Shown: in pieces, positions 24,321 through 37,258 of the stretch
Layout of the letters: every line of letters begins with the position of its first letter
Numbering within the stretch: position 1 is the stretch's first letter
DNA from: Vicugna vicugna
Lineage: Eukaryota
Length of the DNA stretch: 64,000 nt
NCBI GenBank assembly: GCA_013265495.1
Contig: MU058636.1
Coordinates: 1,178,001 to 1,242,000 of the forward strand
Direction of reading: 5' to 3'
Program-made: the position numbers and the translations under genes
The notes under the pieces: model-generated
Told to the model about the DNA's origin: nothing
Seen by the model: only the letters and a program-made list of their open reading frames with translations
Database searches by the model: none

Positions 24321-26319
24321 AGAAAATACCCTGCTCTGCCTCCAAGGTTCCTTTATTTGAAGAGCAAACACAAACCCTCAATTCCCACTGGCCATAAAGT
24401 TTCTGAGCAAAGAGGTTCACCAAACCCTGAGATTAGCAGAAGTTATTTGGAATCTCACCCAGGAGAAACCACCTCCTCCCCCTCCCCGAAATGCTCTGCG
24501 CTGACGGGGCCCCGGGGTGGGGGGACCAGCGAGATTGGGGGTGGTGACAATAAAACCCAGGCACAGAGAAATCAAGTCACTCACTGCCACAAAGTAAACT
24601 AATCTTCTATAACCGAGTTTAAAGAGAAGAAGTAGCATTTTCACAGCGCATCACAGAACACAACTTCGTTGGTATTTATTTTAACTTTCGCTTTATCTTC
24701 TGGGAAATTAATTGAGTTCTCTGAGTTCAGCAGAAGTAGACAGAGTCCCAACAGCTGCCCCACTCTCCAGGAATTTTCTTAGTTGACTTTTCCAGGCAAG
24801 TGTCAGGAGAGTTGCTTACACCAGAGGCCTTCAAAGAAGGAATGAAGAAAGCTATGAGAAAGAGAGGGAAATGCAATGCGAGTGACTGGAAACTTCCAGG
24901 AACACGACTGTGCTTCAGGGCAGGGAACGCTGTTAGCCTCGAACTGCAGGAGGGGGCTGTTCACTATAAGCATTTGTGAATGGTGTGTAGGTGAACGGAA
25001 GAAAAGACAGGGAGGTGCGACTGGCATTAGAGGAGTGAGAACGGCACACCTGAGCTAAGAGGGAAGGAAACGGGAGGAACACTCCACAGGAACAGCTTTA
25101 CCCAGAGCTGCTTTAAAGATGGTCAAAGGCAACACCATCAAAGGATAACTGAACTGATGGGAGAAAGATCTTCAGATCTCTCATCTCTTCTGCCCTAGCC
25201 AACCAGGTGATCAGTTAAAGAGAAATGGGAAGGAGGACCCGGGGGTGGGGTGGGTGCTGAACAAAACCCCCTAGGCTGGGAAACTCCCTTGTACAGAGGC
25301 CTCTATCTCCCAGGGCCCCAAGCTAGGTGTTCCCCTGCACCGTCCTCCTCTGTGCGCACCTGTCTGGAGCTCAGCACACATCCCTCCTCATGGTCCACTC
25401 CTGCCTCGTTGCTTAACATACAGTAAATCCTTATACATCCTCACACGTGGGCCCCTGAGTGCTGTGAGTGTTGTGTGTGTCCGCTGTGTGCTTTCCGTCA
25501 GTTTTCCTGTGTTCAGAGGGTAAGGGCCACCTTGACTCATCTTGTAAGCACCTGCCCCAGCGCGAGCACCTGGAGCTGACAGTAACAGTGGTCCAGGGAG
25601 TTGTGCTAAAGGATGGGGGCATAGAGGCCCTCTCCCCACTGTGATCAGCTCTGGGCTTCGGAGGTGCCTGTCTGAGTTGCCCAGAGCAATGCCCAGCAAG
25701 CAGGCTCCATGGGCAAGTGGGTTCTGGTGGGCGTGTGTTTCAGGCACTGGGAATGAGGATGCCTGGGCAAGTGACAGAGGTAGAGATGAGCTCGGCTGTA
25801 CCTGGGGACCAAGGCAAGGTAACTGTCAGTATCTGAGATGTCCCAGAGTGCTGGTCACCAGCATTGGTCCAGAGTGCTTCGGCCAAAACCCATGAAGGTG
25901 GGCAGAGATGAACTGATGGTCCCCTAAGACCCAGGACCCCATTAGTGAATAGGCCGTGTTATTTAGGTTCATATCTACAATGTCCCCAGATGCTTCTGGA
26001 CCAAGGGACCAGAGCTGGATTTTCAGAATTTAGCCCAAGTGGTCTTTCGGGAAAGCCCATCAGATGTGCCGTTTCCCTTCTGCTGCGTCTCTGAAACACA
26101 GAACTCCAGTGAGGAACCATGGCCTTGGGGAAGGGGGCTGGCTCAGGAGGGCTGTGGGAGAGAGATGGGCCAGGGGGGCTCTGTGCCCCACTCTGTGGAC
26201 TGACACGCAGCTTCCCCGGGGCAGGAGGCTGCCCCAGCACTTCCCGGAAGTCAAGAAGCAGGGAAGCACGCAGGTCCAGAGTACAAGCTCCCTGTCAACT
26301 GCCCAGATGCCACGCCCGG

Positions 26320-26480
26320 CTCTCTCACTTCCTACTCCTGTGACCTTGGGCACCAAACTCTGGGCCTGGGTTTTCTCACCTATAAAATCAGGATGATGAG
26401 ACCACGGTTCTCACTGGATCTCCGCGAGGAACAGATGAGACGGTGAGGGTGGCATTTAGAAACACTCAGCAATTGTTAGG
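26320..26480 (+). mobile_element. MIR SINE
   Basis: ctgtgaccttgggca...ttttctcacctataaaat. Confidence 0.65.
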
Positions 26481-27229
26481 AGTCCTCGTTTCTGTTCTGG
26501 GACATGGCCAGCATTTTCCTTAGTGCTCAGAATAAATGGTTTGTAATTTTCATGCACTCTTCACGTCCACAACGGATTCTGTGTGACGTGCAGCCTGGTT
26601 TTCGCCCTGGAGGTCAGCACTTCCTGCCTCTCCTACCTCTCCGCCCTGCCGTTTGAGGCCCCTCAAACACTGCAGTGATCTCTCTTACAGCACTGTCCAT
26701 TTAATGATCACTAAAAAACACACAAAGCAGATGTGCATACATTCCATTTTACTGGCAAGGCAACTGAGGCTTGGCGATGCCCAGGGTTTGAGAGCACGGC
26801 TGCCAGGGTGTGAAAGTGGAGTGTGAGCCCCATCTCTGAGGCTCCGAGCCTGACTCCACTTGGACCTGGCCGAACAGAAACCGCTGAGGACAGGCCGAGC
26901 GAGGGGCCGGGGTGGGGGAGGGTAGTGGTCAGAGGCAGGGATGGAGATTAGGGTAAGGGAGGTGCTGTTACAACAGGTTACACCGGGACTGTCCCTCGAA
27001 GACAGGGACACAGGGACATGCTGGTTAAAGGCAACACAGACCCCAGCCCAACAATCCCAGATCAAGGTCAAGGTGGGCAAAAATGCCATGGGATTCCAGC
27101 ATGTTCCTCCATGCAGATGGGCAAGGGCATCCAGGCATCTTGGTACCCCTGCCTTCCTTCCACACCGGTGTGGGAGCCCTTCGTCCAGCAGAGGGGGAAA
27201 GCTTCCAAGTGGTTTAAAAGGTCGATGTT

Positions 27230-27672
27230 GAATGTTTGTACATCCATGTTCACAGGAATCAAAAGGTAGAAGCAACCCAAGTGTCCATCAATGGACAAAT
27301 TTCAGGAAATGCAGTCCATACACATAATGGAACATTACTCAGCCTTTAAAAGACAGGGAGTCCCGACAAAGGCTACAATACGGACACACAGTGAGGACAC
27401 TATGTTCAGTGAAATAGCCAGTCACAAAAAAACCAGCTAAGCAGTCAGATTCATGGAGACAGAAAGCAGACTGGCGGGGCCAGGGGCCGGGGACTGGGGG
27501 ATGGGGCGGGAAGGGGAGGTTGTTGTTCAGTGGGGACAGAATTTCAGTTTTACAGGATGAAAAGAGCTCTGGAGACTGGCTGCCCAACACCATGAATGTA
27601 CTTAACACTGAACTTAAAATTGGTTACAATGGTAAATTTGACATTAAGTATTTTATCACAGTTTGTGAAAAA
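27230..27672 (+). mobile_element. L1MB-type 3' end
   Basis: gaagcaacccaagtgtccatcaatgga...aaaattggttacaatggtaaattt. Confidence 0.85.
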
Positions 27673-29227
27673 GTTTGGATGTTGCATCCTGACACTTTTG
27701 GACGCAGTGGGCCGCCACGGTCCACATCTGGGGAAGAAACTCAGCCTGCTCTCCTGCGCCCTGAGCAGATGTCCCGGCCTCCCCTCCCCGCCACCCGCCC
27801 ACACTGCCCACAGAGCGCGGGGGTCCTGGGCCGGGGCTGCTGCTGCCCAGAGGAAGGGCGCTCTTTCCTAGATGGCACAAGGTGCCACTGGTTCCCCCAG
27901 CCCTGCGCCCATGGGCTGTGTCTGCCCAGAGCGGCGCCTCCCCCAAGCCCCACAGGCCATCGGGGGAGGGGGGGCAGCCCATCCTGGCTGGAGGTGCCCA
28001 AAGCAGGGGCCACACCTACTTCTCTCCACGTCCCCTGCTGCCCATGCAGAGCCTTGCCCACAGTCAGTGCTCAGCAAGGACCAGGGGAAATGGGGAGAGA
28101 CTGTAGCAGGGAAGGAGGGAAGGCGGGAGGGAGGGAGAGGAGGGCCGGACGGGACACACGTGCACACAGACAGCAGACGCAGAAGCTGTTTCTGGGAACA
28201 AACGGACACGTCTCACTCTCTACTTCACGCGCATCGTCATGGCCTGAGAACCAAGGGGCTTTTCTGGGGCCCCCAGACTTGCCATGGCTTTATTTTAGGA
28301 CTGGGTATGTCCTTCCCTCCCCTCATGACTGAGAATTCTGAAACTGGGTGGCCTGGAGGGGGCGGGGGCCCAGGTCTCGCTCGCCCTGGGCGTTTCAGAG
28401 CCCTGACATCCCTCACGTGCTCTGACACGAGCACCAGGGCTCAGCTGCCCTGCGGTTGGCGCTCACGGCCAATGCCCACGCGGCTGCAGAGGTTTAGACT
28501 TGCCAACCCCCCCCACCCCCAACCCCTGTCACCACGCTCCCCAGGCCCTTAAAGATGTTCCTCCCCTACTGCATCTCAGCATCTTAGTGCAAGAAACTCA
28601 AAGGCTCCCTCCCTCCCCTGGAGGCTGACAGTGTTTCTGCTCCCACAGCCTCCCTTCCTGCAGCCCCTCCCCTCTGGGGCCTCCCAGCTCCCGCCTCGAG
28701 GGGACCAACCCACCACCGGGTTCCGTTATCTGCACAGCCTGTTCCCAGGCGATAATGCAGCCGGGTCAGGTGCAGTCCTGCTGAGGCGCAGGGATTTTCC
28801 TGGCCCGTCGCCCCTGCTGTTTGCTCACCTGTCATCTCAGCTTGGTGACAAGGCTGACATGAAAAGGGGGAGAGGGCGCAGGTTTGTCAGGAGGGGTAAT
28901 TTATTGGGAGGCTGCTGGCCATAAACATGCCCACTCAGTTTCTGACGGCGGCCTGGGCCTGCCACGCGGCCGGTCCCCGGTTAATGCGTAACCAGAGAGC
29001 CTCTCAAGGCAGGTGCAGAGACGCGGTGGTGCCCGGGCCTTTCTCCCCACTCCGCCACGTCCCCGCCTCAGCCTGCCCCAACGGCCCTGCTCCTCCAGGC
29101 CCTCCAACTGTGGGTGGGAGGGTAGCAGGACACAGGGTGTGGCTCGACACCTGACCTCTGACCCGGGGGAGGACAGGGCCTCAGGGCCAGGAGCGGTGGC
29201 CTCATGCTGCAGAGAAGGAAGTGCAGT

Positions 29228-29372
29228 GGGGAGGGTATTGCTCTGTGGTAGAGCGCGTGCTTAGCCTGCACGAGGTCCTGGGTTCCATCCCCAGTACCTC
29301 CATTAAATAAAGAAAGAAAGAAATGTAATCACCTCCCCACCAAAAAGAAAAAAAATTTAATGGTTTAAAAAC
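29228..29372 (+). mobile_element. Vic-1-like SINE
   Basis: ggggagggtattgctctgtggtagagcgcgtgcttagcctgcacgaggtcctgggttccatccccagtacctcca plus A-rich tail. Confidence 0.92.
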
Positions 29373-30204
29373 AGAAGAGAATCCTGGCAGGAGGGCACTC
29401 CCTGGAGGCTTGTTCTGAGGCCCAGCAACAGCTGCCCGCAGGTGCGGCCAAAGCAGCTAAGACCACGTCCAGACGTTTCGTACGCCTGAGTCCCACTTCC
29501 AATCAAACTCATAAACATGGGGAGAGCCAAGGATGGCTGGGGGACCGGCAGGGCAGCCGCTCCCTCTGTTCTCAGCACTGGACCAAGAAAGGGTCAGCAT
29601 GTGCGCCGGCTGCGGGATGGACCATCCACAGCCCAGGACGTGCCCCTCCCTCTTTCCCTCTGGAGGACCACCTGCTGGGGCCGGTGGGCAGGAGGCAGGG
29701 AGGCCGGCAGGGGAGGGTGGGACGCTAAAGACAAGACCATTCTATCCAGAAAAAGACAGCAGATGAGGGGAGTTCTAAAGAAAATCTGGGGCTCCTCAGG
29801 TGTGGCAGCCAACCTCCCAGAGAGGTGCTGTCTCCCCTTTTCTGGGCTGTTCTGAGTGGCTGATGAGTCAAACAGGCTGCATCCGTCCCTCAGCTGAATG
29901 TGCCCAGATGCCCCTGGGAACCAGGGCTCACAGCGCCCCCAGGGAACGCGACTTCTCCGTTGTTTCCTTCCCCATCGGCCGTATCTGCACCAGAGCCATG
30001 GCTGTGAGGTTTAGAGGACTTGGAGCCCTCCTCTGCATTCACACTTCCCTGAGCACTGGGCGCGCCTGTCACAGCAGAGGGACCACTGCAGTAATCCTGG
30101 TGGCGATGCTGCCGCATTGAGGAGCCCCCGCACGCGTGCCCAGCCCCCCAGCCTGGGGAGCAGAGACGCTGTCTAACACATCAGGAAGGGCCTTCCAGCA
30201 ATCG

Positions 30205-30330
30205 TCCACCCAATTATTATTTTATGAGATGGTTATCACCTGCAGCCACGGGATTAATAAAAATTAAGGGCAATAAAAGAAATCACAGGGGAAACTAATG
30301 CTGTCAGCTACGTGATAAAAGGGAGGAAGC
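30205..30330. promoter_or_regulatory. Small AT-rich homeodomain/GATA motif island
   Basis: TTTTATGA, GGATTA, TAATAAAA, CAATAAAA, TGTCAG and TGATAA within about 125 bp of otherwise GC-rich DNA. Confidence 0.4.
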
Positions 30331-33269
30331 CGGCTTTGTGTGCAGCAACAAATTCTCCTGGCTCACAGACCCAGAAATCAGGGCTGGGAGGAAGGGAGCA
30401 CGAGGGTTCTCGACAGACTCCACAGTGAGTGCAGGCAACCACCTCGCAGAGGGCCCTGTGCTCTGCGCGAACCAGAGGGCCGCCCTTCTCCCCCGACCCA
30501 CACCCTGCACGGGAGCATGGGGGCAGGCAAGGCCCTCCCAGGGGCTGTGAAGCCGGCACGGTGAGCCCCGCCTCCCTGTCACCACGCACAGATGGAGGGG
30601 CTCCTACACGCACACGGGGGAGGAGTAGCTTTCGACTCACACATCCCCTCTTGTGCTGTACAGGCGCCAACCCCAGTACCAGCCGGACTTTTCAGCGACA
30701 CCGATGTGGGCTGGACAGTTTGGAGCCCAGCACTACCTGCTGTGACAACCCCCCATGTGGAAGAGGCCCCCCACGTGGAAGAGGGCCCGGGCTCCCTGGA
30801 GGGATACGCAGAGAAGGGGCGCCCAGCCCCAGCCCGGGGCACTAACGCCAGGGAGGGGAACACACAGCCCACTCATCCAGACCGAGCAGAAGGAGACTAT
30901 GCAGTGCAGCCCCGCCCTGAGCCCCGAGGGCAGGCAGGACCACTGGCACTCACAGGCTTCCAGGAGGGGACGGGATTTGAGGCCAGGAAGAGGAAGGGCA
31001 GTCTAGAGAAGACCCCTGGCTGGAGGGCAGGCTCTAGGCAAAGTGGCCAATTAGGGGAGGAGGTGGGAGGGCAGGCAAGGTGGGCACGGAGGGGCAGCGT
31101 CCCTGCGGCCAAGGGGCGTGAGATGACACACCAGACAGACGGCTGCAGAGGCAGGTGGATGGAATGACTCGGTCAGGGCCAGGCGCTTCGGTAAACCTGA
31201 CTCATCAAGGGGGAGCCATTTGGGCAGGTGGCGCTGGGACTCTCCCCCACTTTATTTAATGACTAAGGACGTACTTCTAGTCATCAAGAAAGGTAGAAGA
31301 CGATACTGGGGAAAGTCAATTTGCTTTTGCAACAGATGCATCAGCCATCTCGGCTGGCCTCAGCTCCTCTGAGGACAGATGGAGGTGGGGGGGCTTCCAT
31401 GGAGAAGAGAGGGTTTCAGAACAGGAAGCACAACCGGGCTGGGCTGTTTGGACCCCGAGCAGGGTCCCCCAGGGGCACAGCGGCCGTGATGTGGCACATC
31501 CTGGCCTCTCTCCCTTCCAACTCTGAGGCTTTCTACTCTACGCCTAGGCCCTCTGGGCTCCGATTTCAGCTCAGGGCTCCCTCCAGGAGGAGACGTGGGG
31601 TGCTCAGTGCCAGGGCCTCTCAGCAGCTCAGGGGAGGGGGTGCTAACGATCCAGATGACCCAGTTTCCCAAGAGGGGCCTGTATCCTGCATCCAGAGGGT
31701 TGAGCTGGGGCCAACTGGACGCCTAGCCTCAGGCAATCCAAACACCCGCCAAGGCCCCTTGGCCAGTAATAAACCCAGCCGACTGCAAAACCAGGCCAGA
31801 GAGCCCAGGAATACAGCCCTGCTGGGTGATGATTAACCCGCAGCTGGGGGCCGGCAGGTCACAGCGATAATGAGAAAGTTCCCCTGAGTGATCTCAAGTG
31901 CAGAGGGCCTGGGGAGGGGCCCCCAGCTGGCGCCTGACTCCAGGCAGGCAAACGGTTCCTGCCCTCTCCAGGGCGTGCTCGCTGCAACAACCCAACATGG
32001 CCCCTCCCCACAGGGACAGGGAACTGACGTCACAACCCTGGGGACACCAGCCCTGGTAAAGTCCAGGCTAGGTGAAGACGCCAACGGAGGCATCTTCCAG
32101 GGGGCGGCTTTTCCCCAAACCCGACACCGATAAGCCCTTCCAAGAAGCGGGAGGCTAAGTGCTTATCTTTACTGCCCAGCAAACCTGAGACTGAGGGCCA
32201 CTCCGGTGGAGTGAAACTCAAAAAGGATTTTCAGCGGGACTTTCGGCTTTCTGATTTTTTTTTTAAGTACTTTGGCATCCTGCAGTGAAATTCTCCAGCA
32301 ACTTTCTTCCAAGTTTCCAAACAACTTCAAATGCAGAATTCATGCCTCAGTGCCCCTGCTACAGGTCTATTGTGGTGCTTCGCACAGAGTTCAAAAGAAC
32401 CCTTTCACTGGGTAGGCAAGGAAAACGTAGAGAAAAAATAATAATAAAAAGGACTCTCAGATGAAGGATCTATAAAGCCTTGGTGTTCCAGGAAATCACA
32501 CGGTCAGCCGGGGACTACTGGGGTCTCCAAATTTGCAGACAGGAGAGAAGACCCACAGGTGGGCATGTCATTGTCAAGACCAAGATAGTGCCATAAGCTG
32601 TCCTCCCCACGCTGGCTCTGGCACCTTCTCTTTGTGTTCTCATCCACCAACAGGGTCCCAATTCACAGACACTTCACACTGTCTGTCAGTCCTTTATCTT
32701 CAGACCCACCGTGTCCTTGGAACTGAAGGCGATGGTTTGAAGCACCATTTCCACTTAATACTGACGCTGGGAGACTCTTCTCGCGCTGCCCAAATCCTTG
32801 TTATAGAACAGGAGCCATGTATGGTTCCTGGAAAAGCTGGTGCTGGTTCAACACACCCATCACATGGTGCTCAAGGCTGTCCCAGGATGTTCTCAAATAT
32901 TGACATCCTGTCCTGGCGAGCAGGTAGTCACGCTGAGTTAAGACAAGCACTCAGTTCTGGAATCCTCTTACTTCAGGAAGCCAATCGCCGAGAAGCGTTC
33001 TTACATTCTTCTGTTTGTTATCTAATTCATTTACTGACTTCTGTGAAGGCCCCACACAGAGTAAACCACTCCCATTTTCAGTCCACTTACTGGGTAAGTG
33101 AGTTTTCACCTTTTTCAGCTGTGTGTGATAACACTGGTCTACTTTCAAATGTGTTTTGCTTTCAGATGTCCACAACATTACGTGCTCTTGGTGGAAACAC
33201 AACCACCTCCTATAAAATGAGTATTCTCAACAACAGCAACAACAACAAATCAAGCCCGATCAACTGTGT

Positions 33270-33478
33270 AGGTGTAACTACTGGTTTACAGGAAATACAG
33301 GACTGGGGGGAAATGTTAAAGGACACCCAGGGTTGCATCTGGCAGAATCCAGAACACCAGAAACCAGGCATCAATTGATGTCTATGGCAGCCAAGTACAT
33401 GGCGGGGGGGGGCAATCACAGTATTATTAGCTCTGCTTTTATGAATGTGTGAAATTTTTATAACAAAGGTTAAAAACT
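33270..33478 (+). mobile_element. Old L1MC/ME 3' UTR fragment
   Basis: tttacaggaaatacagga..atgttaaaggacacc..gtgtgaaatttttataacaaaggttaaaaa. Confidence 0.55.
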
Positions 33479-33819
33479 CCTACAAGGGCTTCGCACATAC
33501 ACACATACATAGACCCCAAGTCACATTCCATCAGCCACGTCTCCATAATCCACACTGCTGGGAGACAGTGATAAGGAAAATGTGGAGGACAGACCCAAAC
33601 CCCCCTCACCTCCCCGCTCATCTCAAGCGGAGGCCCGGACGAGCACCTGGACGAACTGGGTCAAGGGCCACCACCAAGCCCTCCTTTCCTTGAGGGTCAG
33701 GAACCAGCACAGCCCCTGGGCACAGGGGTCAGTGCATCGAAGGCTGTGCTGTCCTCGAATGGGCCCGGGAGGCTCTGAATGGCAGTCATGCCCGGTTCCC
33801 AGAAACACCGAATCCGGAG

Positions 33820-34000
33820 GCAGAGGATGCTGGCCTGCGTCCTCAGATCTGGATTCTAGATCTGACTCCGCCACTCACCAGCTGGGTGACTTGGGGCAAA
33901 TCACTTAACCTCTCTGAGCACCGATGCTTTCTGCTATTAAAAGAGGAGAACTGTTTGTTCAATCAACACCTGTGGTGGGTGTGAAGATGACACAGACAAT
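33820..34000 (+). mobile_element. MIR SINE
   Basis: gccactcaccagctgggtgacttggggcaaatcacttaacctctctgagc. Confidence 0.8.
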
Positions 34001-34430
34001 CATCTCTGAACTCAAGGAGTGGGGCTGTGTGCCAGGAATTACTACACAAGACTGGACGGGAGAATAACCATCCTAGACGCAAATGCTGCTGAGGGGGTCT
34101 GGGCTGAAGGGAACCACTCCTCTCTGAGTATCAGGGAAGAGGATATTCTTGGAGCAGGTGGCATCTGAGCTGGACGCTGACAGTCAGGATGTCAGGGGAC
34201 AGGAAGAGGAGGACAAGCCAGCAGAGGGAGCCCCAAGCCCAGGACATGAGAAGGACGTCGAAACGGCCACAGGTCTGGGAAGGTAGGCCAGGGCCAGGTT
34301 GGGGTGGCTGTGAATGCTGGCCAGTGTGTTGGCATCACACGTGGAAGGCAACGGGGGGCCGTTTGGAGACTTTTGAGGGGAGAGGTGTTTGACAAGGGCC
34401 AATCTCTAAGAAGATTATTCTAGAGAGGAC
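34001..34430 (-). mobile_element. L2 fragment
   Basis: ttcttggagcaggtggcatctgagctggac resembles reverse L2. Confidence 0.5.
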
Positions 34431-35444
34431 GGACTGAGGAGAAAGACTTCATCCTTTTTACAGCCAGAAAGAGAGGAGGCCCAGAGCAGCCTCTGTGAAC
34501 CATTTCTGACAGTAACAAAGACAGAAGACGTCTGACAGAACAGCAGGCTTCCTTCTCCCAGGGAAATGTACACACACACGCACACACACGCACACACACA
34601 CGCACACAGCTGTGAGTCATGAGCTTTGGGGCAGGATTCCACAAATCATGCATAAGAAAGCACAGCTGGAAAAAGGAAACATGTCAACTGCCAAACGCAG
34701 ACCCATCTCTCCCGAGACTTGGCCGGGTAAATGCCTCCCCTTTTCCCCCACGTCAGAGAGATCTCTGCATCTCGCCCTGGTTCATTCAGGAACCAAGTTC
34801 CCCAGGATCCAGAGGTCAAGGGTGCTGGTCCCTTTGCTGGGTGGTGCAAACTGGCCAGGGCCATCAGGTGGGCTGGAGAGGCAGGGCCCACTCATTTCTG
34901 TTTTGATGTCCAGGCCCACAGGCCGTCTCCTGGGGACAGTTAACGTGTGTATCCTGGGGACTTGGGACCCCTGGTCCTTACCAACAAGTGAGGCCAGGCT
35001 GTGACGTTGAGTCTCAGGACTAACATATTTACCAAGTATTTCCTGAGCATCCCCTGTTGCAAAGCACGGTGCCGGGCGCTCCAGGGTTGCAGACAGCCCT
35101 CCAACCTCTCTTGGCCCTTGTTTGCAATCCCAGAAATCTATTCCTTGGTTTTTTATTGGGTTTGGCCCCAGAGCCTTCATCGGTGGCCTGGAGGGCAGAT
35201 ATGGGATGGGCTTCCTCTTGTAGCCTCCAGAGCCTGGTGCCAGGCAGGGATCGGGGACCACAAGGGCCAGGGAGCAGGACACCCCTTTGGGGTCAGAAGG
35301 GACAGTGCTGGCCTGTCCACTAGAATCACTGACATCGCTAGGGGTGAAGAGGACGAGAAATCTCAGTTTCCAGGCCCAAAGAGCGTAAGGCAACAGCCAA
35401 GGAGGGTAAGAGAAGGGGATGTGGCCATGGCAGCAAGGTGGTCA

Positions 35445-35580
35445 CAGATGTGGATCCCAGCCTGGCCTCCACCTCCTCACCTGTAAAATGGGGTAACAAC
35501 AGTTCCTATCTCATGGGGTTGTCCTAAGAATTAAACAAGTTTATATAAAGCTCTAAGACACTGCCAGTGACACATGACTC
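35445..35580 (+). mobile_element. MIR SINE
   Basis: cctcacctgtaaaatggggtaacaacagttcctatctcatggggttgt. Confidence 0.75.
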
Positions 35581-36118
35581 AGGTTTATTTAAAGATCTTT
35601 CCCTCCAAAGGCATCTAGACGAAGGTGGAGTTAATTACCAATACTGTGTGGTAGGAAACACAGTTCAAACTCATCCTTGGCTTGGAGACTCCGGGACAGA
35701 GGGCGGCCTGAAGAGAAGTCCATTTAGAATCCAGCTGTGCTGGGGGAGGAGGTGCGATCTGTTTGTGGGCTCAGCTCAGCAAGTCGTGCTCACAGCCCTG
35801 CCACTTCCCCGTGGAAGGACGTTCCTGCCACAGGCCATACTCCCCGGAGGTTCTCTCTCTTTTTTCTAATGAAGTTGGTTTAGATCAGTCATTTTTTTCC
35901 TACCCATCGATCAATTCCTGCAAGCTATTTACCGTTCATTTAATTTCCGCTAAGTGCCCTGGTATAACGCACTCAGTAGGAAGTGTAAAGTTCCACTGAT
36001 CATCGGGAGGTTTCCTTTTTGCTGGTGGGTTTGGGGAGAGGCATGGGGAATAGCTCCTAAGATGGCAGGCATCTGCTTCTCCATTCTTTCCACGTAAGTG
36101 TGGACTCAGCTTTACGGG

Positions 36119-36465
36119 ACAAATGAATTTACTTACAAAACAGAAACAGACTCACAGACATAGAAAACAAACTCTGGTTACCAAAGGGGAAAGTGGGGGA
36201 GGGATAAATGAGGAGTTTGGGATTAGCAGATACAAACTACTAGATAAACAACAAGGACCTCCTGTATAGCACAGGGAACTACATTCAATGTCTTAAAGTA
36301 ATCCATAAGGAAAAGAATCTGAAAAAATATACATATACACACACATACGTGTATGTAGAACTGAATCACTGTGCTGTACACCTGAAATTAACACAAATTG
36401 TAAATCAATATTTACATATTTCAATAAAATAATTTTATTGAAATTTGTGTATTTCAATAAAAAAG
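36119..36465 (+). mobile_element. Artiodactyl/camelid L1 3' UTR
   Basis: acaaaacagaaacagactcacagacatagaaaacaaact...ctgaatcactgtgctgtacacctgaaa. Confidence 0.93.
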
Positions 36466-37132
36466 AGACTCCCAGGCCTTGACCTGCCACAGTTGGCGGC
36501 CCTCTCCCGCGGAGGCAAGGGAAGGGCTGAGCGAACACCTGCGGGCTCCCCCAGCTCCAGGCCTGCTCAGCGCCCCAGCCGGACAGGAGGCGGCAGCCCC
36601 GGCCCAGGAGGCAGCGTGGGGCCCACAAACCTGCGTCAGAAGCTGGTCCGCATGGCGGCCGGTCAACGTCCCCGGCGGCGGCTAGTGGGGCTGACTGCGG
36701 CCAAGAACTTGCAGGACACTGGCTGTCCCACGGAGGGTGGGGCTCGGCCACCACTCTGGCCTCTGACCCGGCATAAAGGGGACAAAATTGTTCACTGAAC
36801 CAACTAGTGAGGAGGTCCCCTTCTAGAAAGCTCAGGCCCTGGAGGGGGTGTGGGCTGCCGGCTCCCAGGCCCCTTCCAGCCACATACCCCCTGCGGACTC
36901 TGCTCACAGCAGGGAGCAGCTTTCCACTATAATCCGTGACAAGAGGAGCCCAGACTTCCCCGGCTTGTCAGGTTCCCCTCTTGGCAGCCATGCCGCAGTT
37001 AGGAAGGCAGCCTTCTAGAACCTTCCTGCTCAGCACCCCTCCTTCCCCCTTCATTCCTATTCCCCACATCTCTCCCCCTCCACCCCTACTCAGTCCTTTT
37101 ATTTTCTCCCTCAAAGCCACCATCAACTATAA

Positions 37133-37258
37133 TTTTTTTTTATTTTATTTTTGGTAGGGAGGTAATTATGTTTATTTTAACGGAGGTGCTGGGGATTGAA
37201 CCCAGGACCTCGTGCATGCTAAGCACTCACTCCACCACTGAGCTCTACCCTCCTCCCC
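37133..37258 (-). mobile_element. Vic-1-like SINE
   Basis: ggaggtgctggggattgaacccaggacctcgtgcatgctaagc...accactgagctctaccctcc, preceded by a T tract. Confidence 0.92.

Noticed and set aside
27520..28552. Overlapping 270-aa and 226-aa ORFs
   Set aside because: The first starts inside an L1 3' UTR. Both run through GC-rich DNA open in several frames, are Pro/Gly/Arg/Ala-rich and show no domain.
29228..29302. tRNA-Ala(AGC) gene, here and at the other six tRNA-like heads
   Set aside because: Each has an A-rich tail and shared SINE body, several have TSDs, and the stems are mutated. These are SINEs.
19576..30325. Shared 13-mer TGATAAAAGGGAG (19576, 30313)
   Set aside because: Tens of chance 13-mer matches are expected in 64 kb, so it is not significant alone.
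30749..30784. 18-bp tandem duplication (PHVEEA PHVEEG) in ORF 30592-31167
   Set aside because: A two-unit slippage repeat, possibly in a decayed MaLR LTR. It is neither CRISPR-like nor evidence of coding.
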